Assembly (NCBI GenBank): GCA_049521735.1
Contig: JBEKON010000001.1
Span: 16,351-80,350 of the forward strand
DNA length: 64,000 bases
Origin: Verrucomicrobiota bacterium
GTDB taxonomy: Bacteria > Verrucomicrobiota > Verrucomicrobiia > Limisphaerales > UBA11358
Direction: 5' to 3'
A program made the translations under genes and the position numbers. Positions within the stretch are counted from its first letter, which is position 1, and each line of letters opens with the position of its first letter. Under the pieces are notes generated by a model that saw only the letters and a program-made list of their open reading frames with translations, was not told the DNA's origin and did not search any database. Shown piece by piece: positions 25,774-37,031 of the stretch.

Positions 25774-27033
25774 ATGGCAGCGCCTAAATCCAGTTTTCTC
25801 GACAAAGTGCTTGGCCGCATCGGGCGGCTGGACGCGGAGGGTTTGCAGACGGTTGTTCAGCGGCTCGCGCGCGAGCGCAGTTTTCTCGAAACACTGTTCA
25901 ACACGATTGAGGACGGTGTGCTCGTGGTGGACGAGCAGGGCCGCATTCTTTACTTCAACCAGGCCGTCACCCGGCTTATCGGTTTGCAATCCGGCGCCGA
26001 AGGCCAGCACATCACACGTTTCCTGCCGGAACTCGATTGGGAAACCATTTCGCGTTTTGACACCGAAGGCAGTGCGCATATCGCACGGCATGAGTTTGAA
26101 GTGCAATATCCACGTCCGCGCTTCCTGCGGCTTTACGCCGCGCCGCTCGGCGGCGAAATGGCGGGCAATTCCGGTGTGGCATTGATTTTGCACGACGCGA
26201 CCGAGGCGCGGCAGAAAACGTTCGAGGCCATCGAAAGCGAGCGCGTCCAGGCGCTCACACTGCTTGCCGCCAGCGTCGCGCACGAAATCGGCAACCCACT
26301 TAACGCGTTGCACATTCATTTGCAACTCATGGAGCGCGAATTAAAAAAACTCAACGCGGGTGCGGCAAATTCAAATTTAATTTCGAGACCCCATTCACAA
26401 ACACCTGCCGCCGGGGCCGACACGGCGGAAATTTCACACAGGCTGTCGCGGTATCTCGACGTGGCCAAAGGCGAGATTGTCCGGCTGGATTACATCATCA
26501 CCCAGTTTTTGGAGGCGATTCGCCCCGTGTCGCCGCAATTGAAACTCGTTTCCCTCAACGACATCGTTGAGAAAACCCTGGAATTGCTGCGGCCGGAACT
26601 GGACAATCGCGGCCTGAATGTGAAAACCAGGCTGGCGGCCCGGTTGCCGGCGGTACCGCTCGACCCGGCGCAACTGCAGCAGGTTTTGGTGAACCTCGTC
26701 AAAAACGCGATGCACGCGATGACAAAGGGCGGCACGCTGACGTTGCAAACCGGCGCGGGCGTGGATGGCCTTTGGGTGAGCGTGACTGACACCGGCGGCG
26801 GCATTCCCCAGGAACAAATCAGCCGCATTTTCGAACCGTTTTTCACGACGAAGAAAAGCGGCACCGGTCTCGGTCTGATGATTGTGCAGCGTATTGTGCG
26901 TGCGCACGCAGGCCGCATCGAGCTCGAAAGCCACGTTGGACGCGGCACGACATTCCGCATCTGGCTGCCGTTGCATGAGCGCCAGCCGCGTTTGCTGGAG
27001 GAAAAAATCGAAACCGCGGAAGAACGCCGATGA
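25774..27033 (+). CDS. cytoplasmic PAS-domain sensor histidine kinase (NtrB/AtoS-like)
   Basis: PAS-like N-terminus (LETLFNTIEDGVLVVDEQGRILYFN), H-box VAHEIGNPLNAL, N-box LVNLVKNAMHAM, and G boxes DTGGGI and GTGLGL. Confidence 0.9.
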   Translation: MAAPKSSFLDKVLGRIGRLDAEGLQTVVQRLARERSFLETLFNTIEDGVLVVDEQGRILYFNQAVTRLIGLQSGAEGQHITRFLPELDWETISRFDTEGSAHIARHEFEVQYPRPRFLRLYAAPLGGEMAGNSGVALILHDATEARQKTFEAIESERVQALTLLAASVAHEIGNPLNALHIHLQLMERELKKLNAGAANSNLISRPHSQTPAAGADTAEISHRLSRYLDVAKGEIVRLDYIITQFLEAIRPVSPQLKLVSLNDIVEKTLELLRPELDNRGLNVKTRLAARLPAVPLDPAQLQQVLVNLVKNAMHAMTKGGTLTLQTGAGVDGLWVSVTDTGGGIPQEQISRIFEPFFTTKKSGTGLGLMIVQRIVRAHAGRIELESHVGRGTTFRIWLPLHERQPRLLEEKIETAEERR

Positions 27034-27054
27034 ACGCGAGTATTTTTCAATTTC

Positions 27055-27084
27055 GTCCGTGTTCATCCGTGTTCATCCGGGGTT
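27055..27084. repeat. single family-A decamer arm (GTCCGTGTTCATCCGTGTTCATCCGGGGTT)
   Basis: Read directly. It ends 6 bp before the ATG at 27091 and has the same orientation and terminal CCGTGGTT-like end as 3074..3102 and 10862..10891. Confidence 0.8.
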
Positions 27085-27090
27085 AAAATT

Positions 27091-28470
27091 ATGGTTGAAA
27101 AACCGACATTGCTGATTGTTGACGACGAGAAGCCGACGCGTGACGGGTTGCGCGCGGCGCTTGAGGATCGTTACGACACTTATGTGGCCGAAGATGCAAA
27201 GGCCGCGATGGATTTGCTCGAGCGCGAAAACTTCGACGTGGTCCTCACGGATTTTCGCCTGCCGAACGAGGACGGTCTGAAACTCATCGCGCGCGCCAAA
27301 TCGCTCACCCGTCCGCCGGTTTGCATTTTGATGACGGCCTACGGTTCGGAGGAACTGGCGGTGGACGCGATGAAACACGGCGCGGACGATTACATCGCCA
27401 AGGGCCGGCTGCAAATTGATGAATTGGAGATGCGCATCGCCCGCGCGGTGCGCCGGCAAAACCTCGAAACGGAAAACGTTTCACTGCGCCGGCAACTGGA
27501 TTCGAAATTCGGTCTCGAAAACATCATTGGCGAATCGGCGGTGATGAAGGAGATTTTTGAAATCGTCCAACAAGTTGCGCCGACGCGGGCGACGGTGTTG
27601 CTCGCGGGCGAAAGCGGCACGGGCAAGGAATTGATTGCGAAGGCGATTCACCAACTCAGCCCCCGCGCAAAACAGTCGCTGGTGACGGTTCAGTGCGCCG
27701 CGCTCGCGCCGACGTTGCTTGAAAGCGAATTGTTCGGCCACGAAAAGGGCGCGTTTACCGGCGCGCATGAGCGGCGCATCGGTCGTTTCGAACAGGCACA
27801 GGGCGGAACACTTTTCCTCGATGAAATCAGCGAAATTGACGCGGCGATTCAGATCAAACTGCTGCGTTTTTTGGGCGAGCGGACGTTTGAGCGGGTCGGC
27901 TCGAATAAAACGCTGACGGCGGACGTTCGTTTGATTACAGCAACGAACAAGAATCTTGAGGAACTTGTCAAAGCCGGGAGTTTCCGCGAGGACCTATTTT
28001 TCCGATTGCGCGTGGTGGAAATCACGCTGCCGCCGTTGCGGGCGCGGACAGGTGATATTCCGTTGCTGGCGCAGGGTTTTTTAAGCGAATTTGCGCGCGA
28101 GAACGGCAAAGCCGTGAACAGTTTTACGAGCGATGCGTTGGAGCTGTTGATGAATTATTCATGGCCGGGCAATGTGCGCGAGTTGCGCACGGCCATCGAA
28201 CACGCGGTGGTGCTTTGCCGCGGCGAAAAAATTGGAGCACGCGATTTGCCCCGACAGATTGCCGTCGGGGGGCGGGCGGGCGGGCAGACCGGCAATCTGG
28301 CGCCATCGTTGGCGCGAAATGCTCTGACAGTGAAGGAGGCGGAGAAACAACTGATCATTCGCGCATTGAAGGAAATGGATGGCAATCGTACGCTGGCCGC
28401 CAAAAAAATTGGCATGAGCCGGCGGACATTCCACCGCAAGTTGCACACGTATCATTTGGAAGGATTTTGA
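27091..28470 (+). CDS. sigma-54-dependent Fis-family response regulator (NtrC-type)
   Basis: Receiver domain, AAA+ Walker A GESGTGKE, the GAFTGA sigma-54 contact motif, and a C-terminal Fis-type HTH ([16 protein letters not shown]). Confidence 0.95.
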   Translation: MVEKPTLLIVDDEKPTRDGLRAALEDRYDTYVAEDAKAAMDLLERENFDVVLTDFRLPNEDGLKLIARAKSLTRPPVCILMTAYGSEELAVDAMKHGADDYIAKGRLQIDELEMRIARAVRRQNLETENVSLRRQLDSKFGLENIIGESAVMKEIFEIVQQVAPTRATVLLAGESGTGKELIAKAIHQLSPRAKQSLVTVQCAALAPTLLESELFGHEKGAFTGAHERRIGRFEQAQGGTLFLDEISEIDAAIQIKLLRFLGERTFERVGSNKTLTADVRLITATNKNLEELVKAGSFREDLFFRLRVVEITLPPLRARTGDIPLLAQGFLSEFARENGKAVNSFTSDALELLMNYSWPGNVRELRTAIEHAVVLCRGEKIGARDLPRQIAVGGRAGGQTGNLAPSLARNALTVKEAEKQLIIRALKEMDGNRTLAAKKIGMSRRTFHRKLHTYHLEGF

Positions 28471-28625
28471 CCATGCCCTTCCCACAGGATTGGATTCACA
28501 AGCTCGGGGAAGGCGCGTGGGCGGGATACTTGAAAACCGCTGCTTTCTGCTCGAACGCTTATTCCTGACCGACTGGGAACGCTGGAAATAGAATCAAAAG
28601 TAAAGCGTCGCACCCGCCGAAAATT

Positions 28626-29639
28626 TCATGCCGCAGCCCGCCGCAAACGGTCGGCAATACCCGACCACTCCTGCAACGCCGGAGGCGCTTCGACGACGAC
28701 TAATTCCACGCCCATTTCGTCACAGCGGTTAAACTCCGCGTAAATCGCCCGCGCAAACGCCTCTGCGTCATGTGGAATCACGCTGACACCCGCAAAATTC
28801 GCCGCCGCTGGAATCCGCGTATGCGCGATGACGCAACAATTTCCAATTTCAAACCGCCGGTTTTCAATTTGTTTTCGCAGGTCAGCATCATTGCGCCAGT
28901 TTAGAACCAGCAGCTTTGCCTTCGGCGCGTAATGTTTTTTCAACAAGCCCGGGCTGCGCAATGTGGACTTTGAACTTCGGACTTTGGATTGTGGACCTTG
29001 GACTTTACCAACGACGGCCGCCAGCGATTCGACATGGATCATTCCCGGACGCAAAATTTGCGGCGGCGACACCGTTAAATCAAGCACGGTGGATTCAATG
29101 CCGACTTGCGATTGTCCACCGTCCACAATCAGGGAAATTCCCCCGCCAAGTTGTTTACGAACATGTCCGGCATTTGTCGGAGAAACACAGCCCGACAAAT
29201 TCGCGCTCGGGGCGGCAAGCGGGAATCCGCACTCGCAAATCACGGCTTGAATGAATGGATGGCTCGGCCAGCGCACACCGACTGTCTTGCCGCTGGCCGT
29301 GACGATGCCGGGAATTTCCACCGCGCGCGGCAACACGAGCGTCAACGGGCCGGGCCAAAATGCTTTTGCCAGTTTATCGGCGCTGGCCGGCCAATTTGCC
29401 ACGCAGCGTTTTGCCATTTCGATGCTCGCGACGTGAACAATAATTGGATTGTTCGCCGGACGCCCCTTGATTCGGAAAATTTTGGCAACCGCCTTTTCGT
29501 CCAGTGCGTTCGCGGCCAGACCATAGACCGTTTCCGTCGGCAGTGCCACGACTTCGCCGGCGCGCAACAATTCCGCGGCGCACCGCACAGCGGCGTCAAA
29601 CAACGCGGGCATGGACGTGGACAGGATTTCGGCGGTCAC
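28626..29639 (-). CDS. tsaC: L-threonylcarbamoyladenylate synthase, long Sua5/YwlC form
   Basis: VALPTETVYGLAANALDEKAVAKIFRIKGRPANNPIIVHV plus a C-terminal Sua5 domain. The track start at 29639 is GTG (alternative ATG at 29612). Confidence 0.9.
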   Translation of the reverse strand: MTAEILSTSMPALFDAAVRCAAELLRAGEVVALPTETVYGLAANALDEKAVAKIFRIKGRPANNPIIVHVASIEMAKRCVANWPASADKLAKAFWPGPLTLVLPRAVEIPGIVTASGKTVGVRWPSHPFIQAVICECGFPLAAPSANLSGCVSPTNAGHVRKQLGGGISLIVDGGQSQVGIESTVLDLTVSPPQILRPGMIHVESLAAVVGKVQGPQSKVRSSKSTLRSPGLLKKHYAPKAKLLVLNWRNDADLRKQIENRRFEIGNCCVIAHTRIPAAANFAGVSVIPHDAEAFARAIYAEFNRCDEMGVELVVVEAPPALQEWSGIADRLRRAAA

Positions 29640-29642
29640 ACG

Positions 29643-30880
<1,238 letters not shown>

Positions 30881-30884
<4 letters not shown>

Positions 30885-31642
30885 TGGGCCAGCTGGGCGG
30901 CTTTTTGTTCCTCTTGCAGGCGGGTTGATTCCTTCTCCGCGTTCGACCGTTTCGCCACGGGCGAATCGCCCACCACTTTGCCGTCGCGCATGACAATCAT
31001 GCGTTTGGTGTATTGCGCCACGTCCAACTCGTGGGTGACCATGACGATGGTAATGCCCTGATCATTTAATTTTTGGAAGACACCCATGATTTCAATGCTC
31101 GTGTGGCTGTCGAGGTTGCCGGTCGGTTCGTCGGCGAGCAGCAACGCCGGCTGGTTTGCCAAGGCGCGGGCGATGGCGACACGCTGTTGCTGGCCGCCGG
31201 AAAGCTGGTTTGGTTTGTGGTCAGCGCGGTCACCGAGGCCGACGATTCCGAGCGCCTTCAGCGCCCGCTCGCGCTGGGTTGCGCCTTCCAAATGCTGCCG
31301 GGTGTAAAGCATTGGCAGTTCGACATTTTCCAAGGCGGATGTGCGCGAGAGCAGATTGAAGCCTTGAAAAACGAAGCCGATTTTCTGATTGCGGATGTCG
31401 GCCAGCTCGTCGCGGCTGAGTTGCGAAACATTGATGTCGTCGAGTAGGTAACGGCCCTGCGTTGGGCGGTCGAGACAGCCGATGATGTTCATCAATGTGG
31501 ATTTTCCCGAACCGCTCGCGCCCATGAGTGCGACAAATTCACCCTGAAGAATTTCCAGCGACACGCCGCACACCGCCTTCACCTCGACTTCGCCGGTCTG
31601 GTAGGTCTTGTGAATGTCCGCCAGTTTGATGACAGGCTTCAT
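30881..31642 (-). CDS. ABC transporter ATP-binding protein (MacB/LolD-like)
   Basis: Walker [10 protein letters not shown], signature [15 protein letters not shown] and Walker B LLLADEPT. Start at ATG 31642 ([14 protein letters not shown]). Confidence 0.95.
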
Positions 31643-31658
31643 GTAAACGTCCCCGCAC

Positions 31659-33167
31659 CTACCTGCCGCCACCCCGGCCGCCGCCGCCGAACGGGCTCGC
31701 TCCGGCTGACGAGGTGGCAACCTGTGATTGCGGCAGCTTGACCGCCGTAATAACCACGTCGCCTTCCTTCAAGCCATTGCTGATTTCCGTGTAAGCACCG
31801 TCGCTGATGCCGGTCTTGACGCGAACAGCTTGAGGTGTCGGTTCTCCGGATGGCGCATTGGTGGCCAGCACGTAAATGGTGCGTGACGCAGGTTGTGCAC
31901 CACGAGAACCTGAACCGCCACCACCGCGTGCGCCAAAATCTCCGCTACCACCACTGGGCCGTTGCAACGCGCCGCTCTGGTATAATTCGCGGAGCTTCGC
32001 GCGAATCTCCGGAGGCACTTCCTCGCCGCGGTCGCGCATTTCACGCACCCGGCGCATCAGTTCTTCCGGTGGCTCGTTGCCCGTGAGGGGCGCCCTAGTG
32101 TTGGCGGCAACTTCAGTCTTGTTCGTGTCTCCGCTTTTCGCGACTTGCACGATATTAGTTGCGGCGGGTTTCGTTTCCTTTCCCAAGCCGATTTTTGCCA
32201 GCAGCCGCGCGGCAAACGTCTTGTTGGTGGACGGCTCCAACAGTCGAAAACGAAGGGCGGCGTTTGGGATTTTCAACACTCCGGAACGCTGGGCGGTGAT
32301 GATGGAGGCGTTTGCAGTCATGCCCGGTCTGAGTTTCAAATCAGGATTGCTGACTTCGATAACCGTGTCGTAAGTGACGACATTTTGCACCGTGGTGGGC
32401 GAATTGCGGATTTGCATGACCCGGCCGGTGAACTTGCGGTCTGGAAAAGCGTCCACCGTGAAAGTCACAGCCTGTCTTTCTTCCACGCTGCCGATATCTG
32501 CCTCGGAGACGTTGGCGTCAATCTGCATCTGGGTGAGATCATTGGCGATGATAAATAGTGTCGGCGCCGACAGGCTCGCGGCAACGGTTTGGCCGACATC
32601 CACGTTGCGTGAAATGATGGTGCCATCCACCGGCGAGTAAATGGTGCAACGTGATAAATTGACCTTCGCATTGTCCAGTGAAGCCTGCTTGATCTGAACC
32701 ATCGCCTGGGCCTGATGCAGATTGGCCATGGCCGTGTCGTAATCTGATTCAGCAATCAAGTTGTCTTTGAACAACTCCGTGGCGCGTTTCGCCTGGACTT
32801 CATTCAGTTCGAGGTTTGCTTTTGAATTGGCGAGGTCACCTTCGGCCTGCGCCACCGCAGCTTTGTAAGTCGCCGGGTCGAGTTGCGCGACCACCTGGTT
32901 CGCCTTCACCGGCGAATTCCAATCCACATACAGCGTCTGGATGATTCCTGAAATCTGGCTGCCGACCGTGACATTGGTGACGGGATTCAACGTGCCCGTC
33001 GCCGTCACCACCTGCGTCAAATCCCCGCGCGTCACCGCCGCCGTCTGATAAACCGGCGCGTTGTTGTGTCCGCGCCGGAAATACCAAATGCCGCCGCCAA
33101 TCACCACGATGGCCGCTCCCAGAATGACCGCCCACTTTACCCAACGATGGCTGTGATTTTCCGCCAT
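31659..33167 (-). CDS. efflux periplasmic adaptor (HlyD/MacA family) with Gly-rich C-terminal tail
   Basis: Single N-terminal TM, a coiled-coil hairpin and barrel-sandwich pattern. It ends in GGGGRGGGR. Start at ATG 33167. Confidence 0.85.
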   Translation of the reverse strand: MAENHSHRWVKWAVILGAAIVVIGGGIWYFRRGHNNAPVYQTAAVTRGDLTQVVTATGTLNPVTNVTVGSQISGIIQTLYVDWNSPVKANQVVAQLDPATYKAAVAQAEGDLANSKANLELNEVQAKRATELFKDNLIAESDYDTAMANLHQAQAMVQIKQASLDNAKVNLSRCTIYSPVDGTIISRNVDVGQTVAASLSAPTLFIIANDLTQMQIDANVSEADIGSVEERQAVTFTVDAFPDRKFTGRVMQIRNSPTTVQNVVTYDTVIEVSNPDLKLRPGMTANASIITAQRSGVLKIPNAALRFRLLEPSTNKTFAARLLAKIGLGKETKPAATNIVQVAKSGDTNKTEVAANTRAPLTGNEPPEELMRRVREMRDRGEEVPPEIRAKLRELYQSGALQRPSGGSGDFGARGGGGSGSRGAQPASRTIYVLATNAPSGEPTPQAVRVKTGISDGAYTEISNGLKEGDVVITAVKLPQSQVATSSAGASPFGGGGRGGGR

Positions 33168-33307
33168 ATAAAAATTCCAACCCACCGGCTGTTAATGTTT
33201 TGGACAGCAACGGTACCTGACAAGTTACGCAATTTCCCACGCCTGTCCATGTTTTCGTCGAATCAATTTCGATTTGAGATGGTCGCCAGGAACCTTAGAA
33301 TCATTCC

Positions 33308-34345
33308 GTGCTCGAAAAGCTCACCCGACAACTTGCCGGAGCCTGTTCGCTCACGGACGGACAGGTCCGCGAAGCTGTTGAACAACTCGCCGACGAAAAA
33401 GTTTCCGCGGCTGTGAAAGCCGATTTTCTGGCCGCGCTAGCCCAAAAGGGTGAAACGCCGGATGAAATCGCCGCATTCGCCCGCGCGTTGCGCGACAAAT
33501 CCATCGCACCGCCGCTGGACACCGAAACCCGCGCACGGGAAATCCTCGACGTCGTCGGCACCGGCGGCGACCGCCTTGGCACTTTCAACATTTCCACCGC
33601 CGCCGCATTGATTTGCGCCGCCGCCGGCGTGACCATTGCCAAGCATGGTAACCGGGCGGTTACTTCTCAAGCCGGCAGCGCCGATGTGCTCGAAGCGCTG
33701 GGCGTGCGGATTGATTTGACTCCTGCGGAGGCCGCGCGTTCATTGCGCGAACGCAACTTCGCCTTTTTCTTCGCGCCGGCTTATCATCCGGCTTTCAAGC
33801 ACATCGCATCCGCGCGCAAGCTTTGCGCTGAGCGCGGCCAGCGGACGATTTTCAATTTGCTCGGTCCGCTGCTGAACCCGGCGCGGCCTTCAACAATGCT
33901 GGCCGGCGTTCCACGGCCTGAATTTTGCGAGCCGATCGCCCGCGTGCTTCAATCGCTTGGCGTCCGGCGTGCCATGGTCGTGTGCGGAAAAGTTCCGGCT
34001 GTTGGTTATTTGGACGAACTTTCCACCCTCGGCGAAAACACGATTGCTGAATTTTATCAGGAACGCGGCCTTGCCGTTTCAACGGGTATGCCGGAAACAT
34101 TTTCGTTGCAGCGGGCAACGCTGGCGGATTTGCTCGGCGGCGACCGTCAGGCCAATGCCGAAATTATCCGCCGCATTTTGCGCGGCGACGAGCGCGGTCC
34201 CAAGCGCGATGCCGTTTTGCTCAATGCCGCCGCCGCGTTGTTCGTTGCGGGCAAAACGAAGTCGATCGCGGATGGTTGGGATTTGGCCGGCGAGACTGTT
34301 GACAGCGGGCGTGGAAATAAAAAGCTCTCGGAACTTGCGTGCTGA
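33308..34345 (+). CDS. trpD: anthranilate phosphoribosyltransferase
   Basis: DVVGTGGDRLGTFNISTAAA and KHGNRAVTSQAGSADVLEALG motifs. GTG start. Confidence 0.95.
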   Translation: MLEKLTRQLAGACSLTDGQVREAVEQLADEKVSAAVKADFLAALAQKGETPDEIAAFARALRDKSIAPPLDTETRAREILDVVGTGGDRLGTFNISTAAALICAAAGVTIAKHGNRAVTSQAGSADVLEALGVRIDLTPAEAARSLRERNFAFFFAPAYHPAFKHIASARKLCAERGQRTIFNLLGPLLNPARPSTMLAGVPRPEFCEPIARVLQSLGVRRAMVVCGKVPAVGYLDELSTLGENTIAEFYQERGLAVSTGMPETFSLQRATLADLLGGDRQANAEIIRRILRGDERGPKRDAVLLNAAAALFVAGKTKSIADGWDLAGETVDSGRGNKKLSELAC

Positions 34346-34347
34346 AT

Positions 34348-35067
34348 TTACGGAGATTCGGTTTCGGTGGTTTCGCCTTCAGCGGCTTCGGCTTCGTCGC
34401 TTTCAAGCGAGGTGCTTTCAAACGAGGCGTAGTGCAAACCAAGATTGTGTTGCGCGGTCTTGTCACCCTGCCGCGCGGCGCGGATGAACCATTTTATGGC
34501 TTGCTGCTGGTCTTGCGCCACGCCGCGCCCGGTTTGATAACACAAGCCGAGATTGCATTGGGCAGGCGCGCATTCCTGTTCAGCGGCAGCGCGATACCAT
34601 TTGACCGCCTCCTCAAAATTTTGCGGCACGACCTGCCCTGTCTCATAAAAAACGCCGAGATTGAACTGTGCTGCCGGATAACCGCTCTGCGCTGCCTTAC
34701 GATACCATTTAACCGCTTCGGCATAATTTTGCAGAGCGCCCTGGCCGGTCTCGTAAAGCATGCCAAGGTTGAATTGGGCCGCAGGATCGCCCTGCTCGGC
34801 CGCTTCGCGCAACCACTTGGCCGCCTCGCCAAATTCCTGCGGCACCCCCACGCCATTCAAATAGCAGACACCGAGATAGCATTGTGCAACGGAGTCATTT
34901 TGCTCTGCCGCGCTCCGAAACCATTTCACTGCCTCCCGATGATCCTGCGCCACGCCCTGGCCATTTTGGAAGCAGACGCCAAGATAGCATTGCGCCTGCG
35001 GATTTCCATCGTGTGCGGCCTGCCGCATCGCCTCAAACGACTCCCATGTCTGGCGGTTGCTTGACAT
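34348..35067 (-). CDS. Sel1-repeat (SLR/TPR-like) protein
   Basis: Five or more 36-aa repeats of the form AQ.NLG.CY..G.GV.Q....A.KW.R.AAEQG. Its stop lies 2 nt from the trpD stop (convergent). Confidence 0.85.
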   Translation of the reverse strand: MSSNRQTWESFEAMRQAAHDGNPQAQCYLGVCFQNGQGVAQDHREAVKWFRSAAEQNDSVAQCYLGVCYLNGVGVPQEFGEAAKWLREAAEQGDPAAQFNLGMLYETGQGALQNYAEAVKWYRKAAQSGYPAAQFNLGVFYETGQVVPQNFEEAVKWYRAAAEQECAPAQCNLGLCYQTGRGVAQDQQQAIKWFIRAARQGDKTAQHNLGLHYASFESTSLESDEAEAAEGETTETESP

Positions 35068-35197
35068 CGTAAAAAGAAAAAGTTAAGGGCTTGCCCGCGC
35101 CGCACCTATCGTAAATCGCTATTGCGCAAATTCAAGCTGCGAATTCAGCGCTGTATTTTAACTTCCGCTGCGCGAATCGGCCTGATAAAAAGCTTTC

Positions 35198-36013
35198 ATG
35201 GCGACCCCATTAACCATCGGTTTCCTCGGCGCGGGCAAAATGGCCGCCGCGCTCGCCCGCGGCTTCATCCGCGCCGGACTCGCCAGCCCCAAGGACATCC
35301 TTGCCGGCGATCCATCCGACGCGGCGAGAAAAAGCTTTGCCGGAGAAACTGGCAGCGAAACCACTGCGTCCAACGCGGATGTTTTGAAATTTGCCAATGT
35401 GCTGATTCTCGCCGTGAAACCAGTCCACGTTGCAAGCGTTCTGGCTGAACTGCGCGGTGAATTTACAAACGGTCATCTGCTCATTTCCATCGCCGCGGGT
35501 GTGACCCTCGCCAAACTTGAAGGCGCGTTGCCCGCCGGCGCGCGAGTCATTCGCGTCATGCCCAACACGCCGGCGCTTGTCGGCGCAGGGGCCTCGGCGT
35601 TTGCGCTTGGCAAAAACGTGACCGCTGCAGACGGCGAACTGGCAAAAAAACTTTTGTCCGCCGTCGGAACTGCATTTCAAGTCAAAGAAAACTTGCTCGA
35701 TGCTGTGACCGGCTTGAGCGGTAGCGGTCCGGCTTATGTTTATTCGTTCATCGAAGCGTTGAGCGACGGCGGCGTGGCGGCAGGTTTGCCGCGCGACATG
35801 GCCTTGAAACTGGCCGCGCAAACCGTTTTGGGCGCGGCCAAAATGGTTTTGGAAACCGGCCAGCATCCCGGCGCGCTCAGAGACCAAGTCACCAGCCCCG
35901 GCGGCACCACAATTGAAGGTTTGCGCGAACTGGAAAAAGGCCAGTTACACGACGTTGTGATGAATGCTGTCCGCGCCGCGACGGAAAAATCAAAGAAGTT
36001 GGGTCAAGGCTGA
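35198..36013 (+). CDS. proC: pyrroline-5-carboxylate reductase
   Basis: IGFLGAGKMAAALARG Rossmann motif and the C-terminal SPGGTTIEGL motif. Confidence 0.95.
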   Translation: MATPLTIGFLGAGKMAAALARGFIRAGLASPKDILAGDPSDAARKSFAGETGSETTASNADVLKFANVLILAVKPVHVASVLAELRGEFTNGHLLISIAAGVTLAKLEGALPAGARVIRVMPNTPALVGAGASAFALGKNVTAADGELAKKLLSAVGTAFQVKENLLDAVTGLSGSGPAYVYSFIEALSDGGVAAGLPRDMALKLAAQTVLGAAKMVLETGQHPGALRDQVTSPGGTTIEGLRELEKGQLHDVVMNAVRAATEKSKKLGQG

Positions 36014-36114
36014 TACTCGGAATAATATCGTATCCATAAAACAGGATAGGCTGTCCTGCAATTGCGGGACGCCGTTCATTAACTGCTAGGCGTCGGACAT
36101 CCGACGCGAATCAG

Positions 36115-36375
36115 ATGATTGCTCTTGGCTACATTTTATTGGTCGTCGGAGTCATCGTTGGCATTGTCGGCGACGTCATGTTTTTAGTTGTTGCTTACAA
36201 GCGCAGCCTTTGGTGGTTTTTCGGCTGCCTGTTTGTGCCTCTAGTATCCTTGATTTTCTTTTTCTTGAATTTGAAGGCCACCATCAAGCCAGTCGGTCTT
36301 CAAGTGTTCGGTTTTTTACTGGCAGGTTTGGGCAGCTATGTGGCCGGAGTCATTTGGCCTAATCATTTGCCCTAA
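36115..36375 (+). CDS. small membrane protein (86 aa, three hydrophobic segments)
   Basis: The ORF has clear TM-like stretches. No family recognised. Confidence 0.45.
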   Translation: MIALGYILLVVGVIVGIVGDVMFLVVAYKRSLWWFFGCLFVPLVSLIFFFLNLKATIKPVGLQVFGFLLAGLGSYVAGVIWPNHLP

Positions 36376-36412
36376 TCATGAGCACGCCGCTAGGCTGCAA
36401 ACCGGACAGGCT

Positions 36413-37000
36413 TCAACGCTTGGCGAGCAATTTCCGCACGTCCACCGCTTCCATTCCCGCCGTGCGAATGGCTTGCAGGCCGAGGTCGGTGTCTTCGTAA
36501 GCTCGGCAAAATTTTGGTTCCACGCCTATCCGGCGCGCGGCTTCGAGAAAAATATCCGGCGCAGGTTTTTGGTTCTTCACCATTTCGTTCGTCACCACGG
36601 CGTCGAACAAATGCCGGATTTTCAGATGGTCGAGCACCATGCCGATGATTTTTTGCGAGCCGCCGGAAGCCACGGCCATCGGAATTTTCCCGTGATTCGC
36701 CCTGGCGATTTCCACCACGGCGTGGATGGGTTCAATCTGCTCCATCAGCGGCAGGTAAGCTTCTTCCTTCTCGTGTGCCACGGCGATGTGGTCGAGTGAG
36801 AGGCCTTGCTCTTCAGCCAGCAGTTTCAAAATGTCACGCGAAGGTATGCCGCCAAGTGAATAAAACCGGTCTTCGGGAAAATGGAGACTGTGTCGTTGTG
36901 TAACCATCTGCCACGCGCGCCAGTGCAACGGCATGGTGTCGGCCAGCGTGCCGTCACAATCAAAAATGAGCCCGCGCGGTTCAAAGTGTGTGGTTTTCAT
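36413..37000 (-). CDS. HAD-superfamily hydrolase (beta-phosphoglucomutase/phosphatase-like)
   Basis: Motif I LIFDCDGTLADT, and motif III/IV region with AYEDTDLGLQA. Confidence 0.85.
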   Translation of the reverse strand: MKTTHFEPRGLIFDCDGTLADTMPLHWRAWQMVTQRHSLHFPEDRFYSLGGIPSRDILKLLAEEQGLSLDHIAVAHEKEEAYLPLMEQIEPIHAVVEIARANHGKIPMAVASGGSQKIIGMVLDHLKIRHLFDAVVTNEMVKNQKPAPDIFLEAARRIGVEPKFCRAYEDTDLGLQAIRTAGMEAVDVRKLLAKR

Positions 37001-37031
37001 TTTCGCCAGATGATGTTTGTCAGCCTATAAA

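Noticed and set aside
28161-28568. 135-aa ORF overlapping the 3' end of the NtrC-type gene, and a 31-codon ORF at 28473..28568
   Set aside because: The first is an out-of-frame overlap of a well-supported gene. The second is too short and featureless to support.
34339-35064. 241-aa plus-strand ORF opposite the Sel1-repeat gene
   Set aside because: Both strands are open. Only the minus-strand product shows the 36-aa Sel1 consensus (AQ.NLG..Y..G.GV.Q....A.KW...AA.QG). The plus-strand product is a mirror artefact of the repeat.
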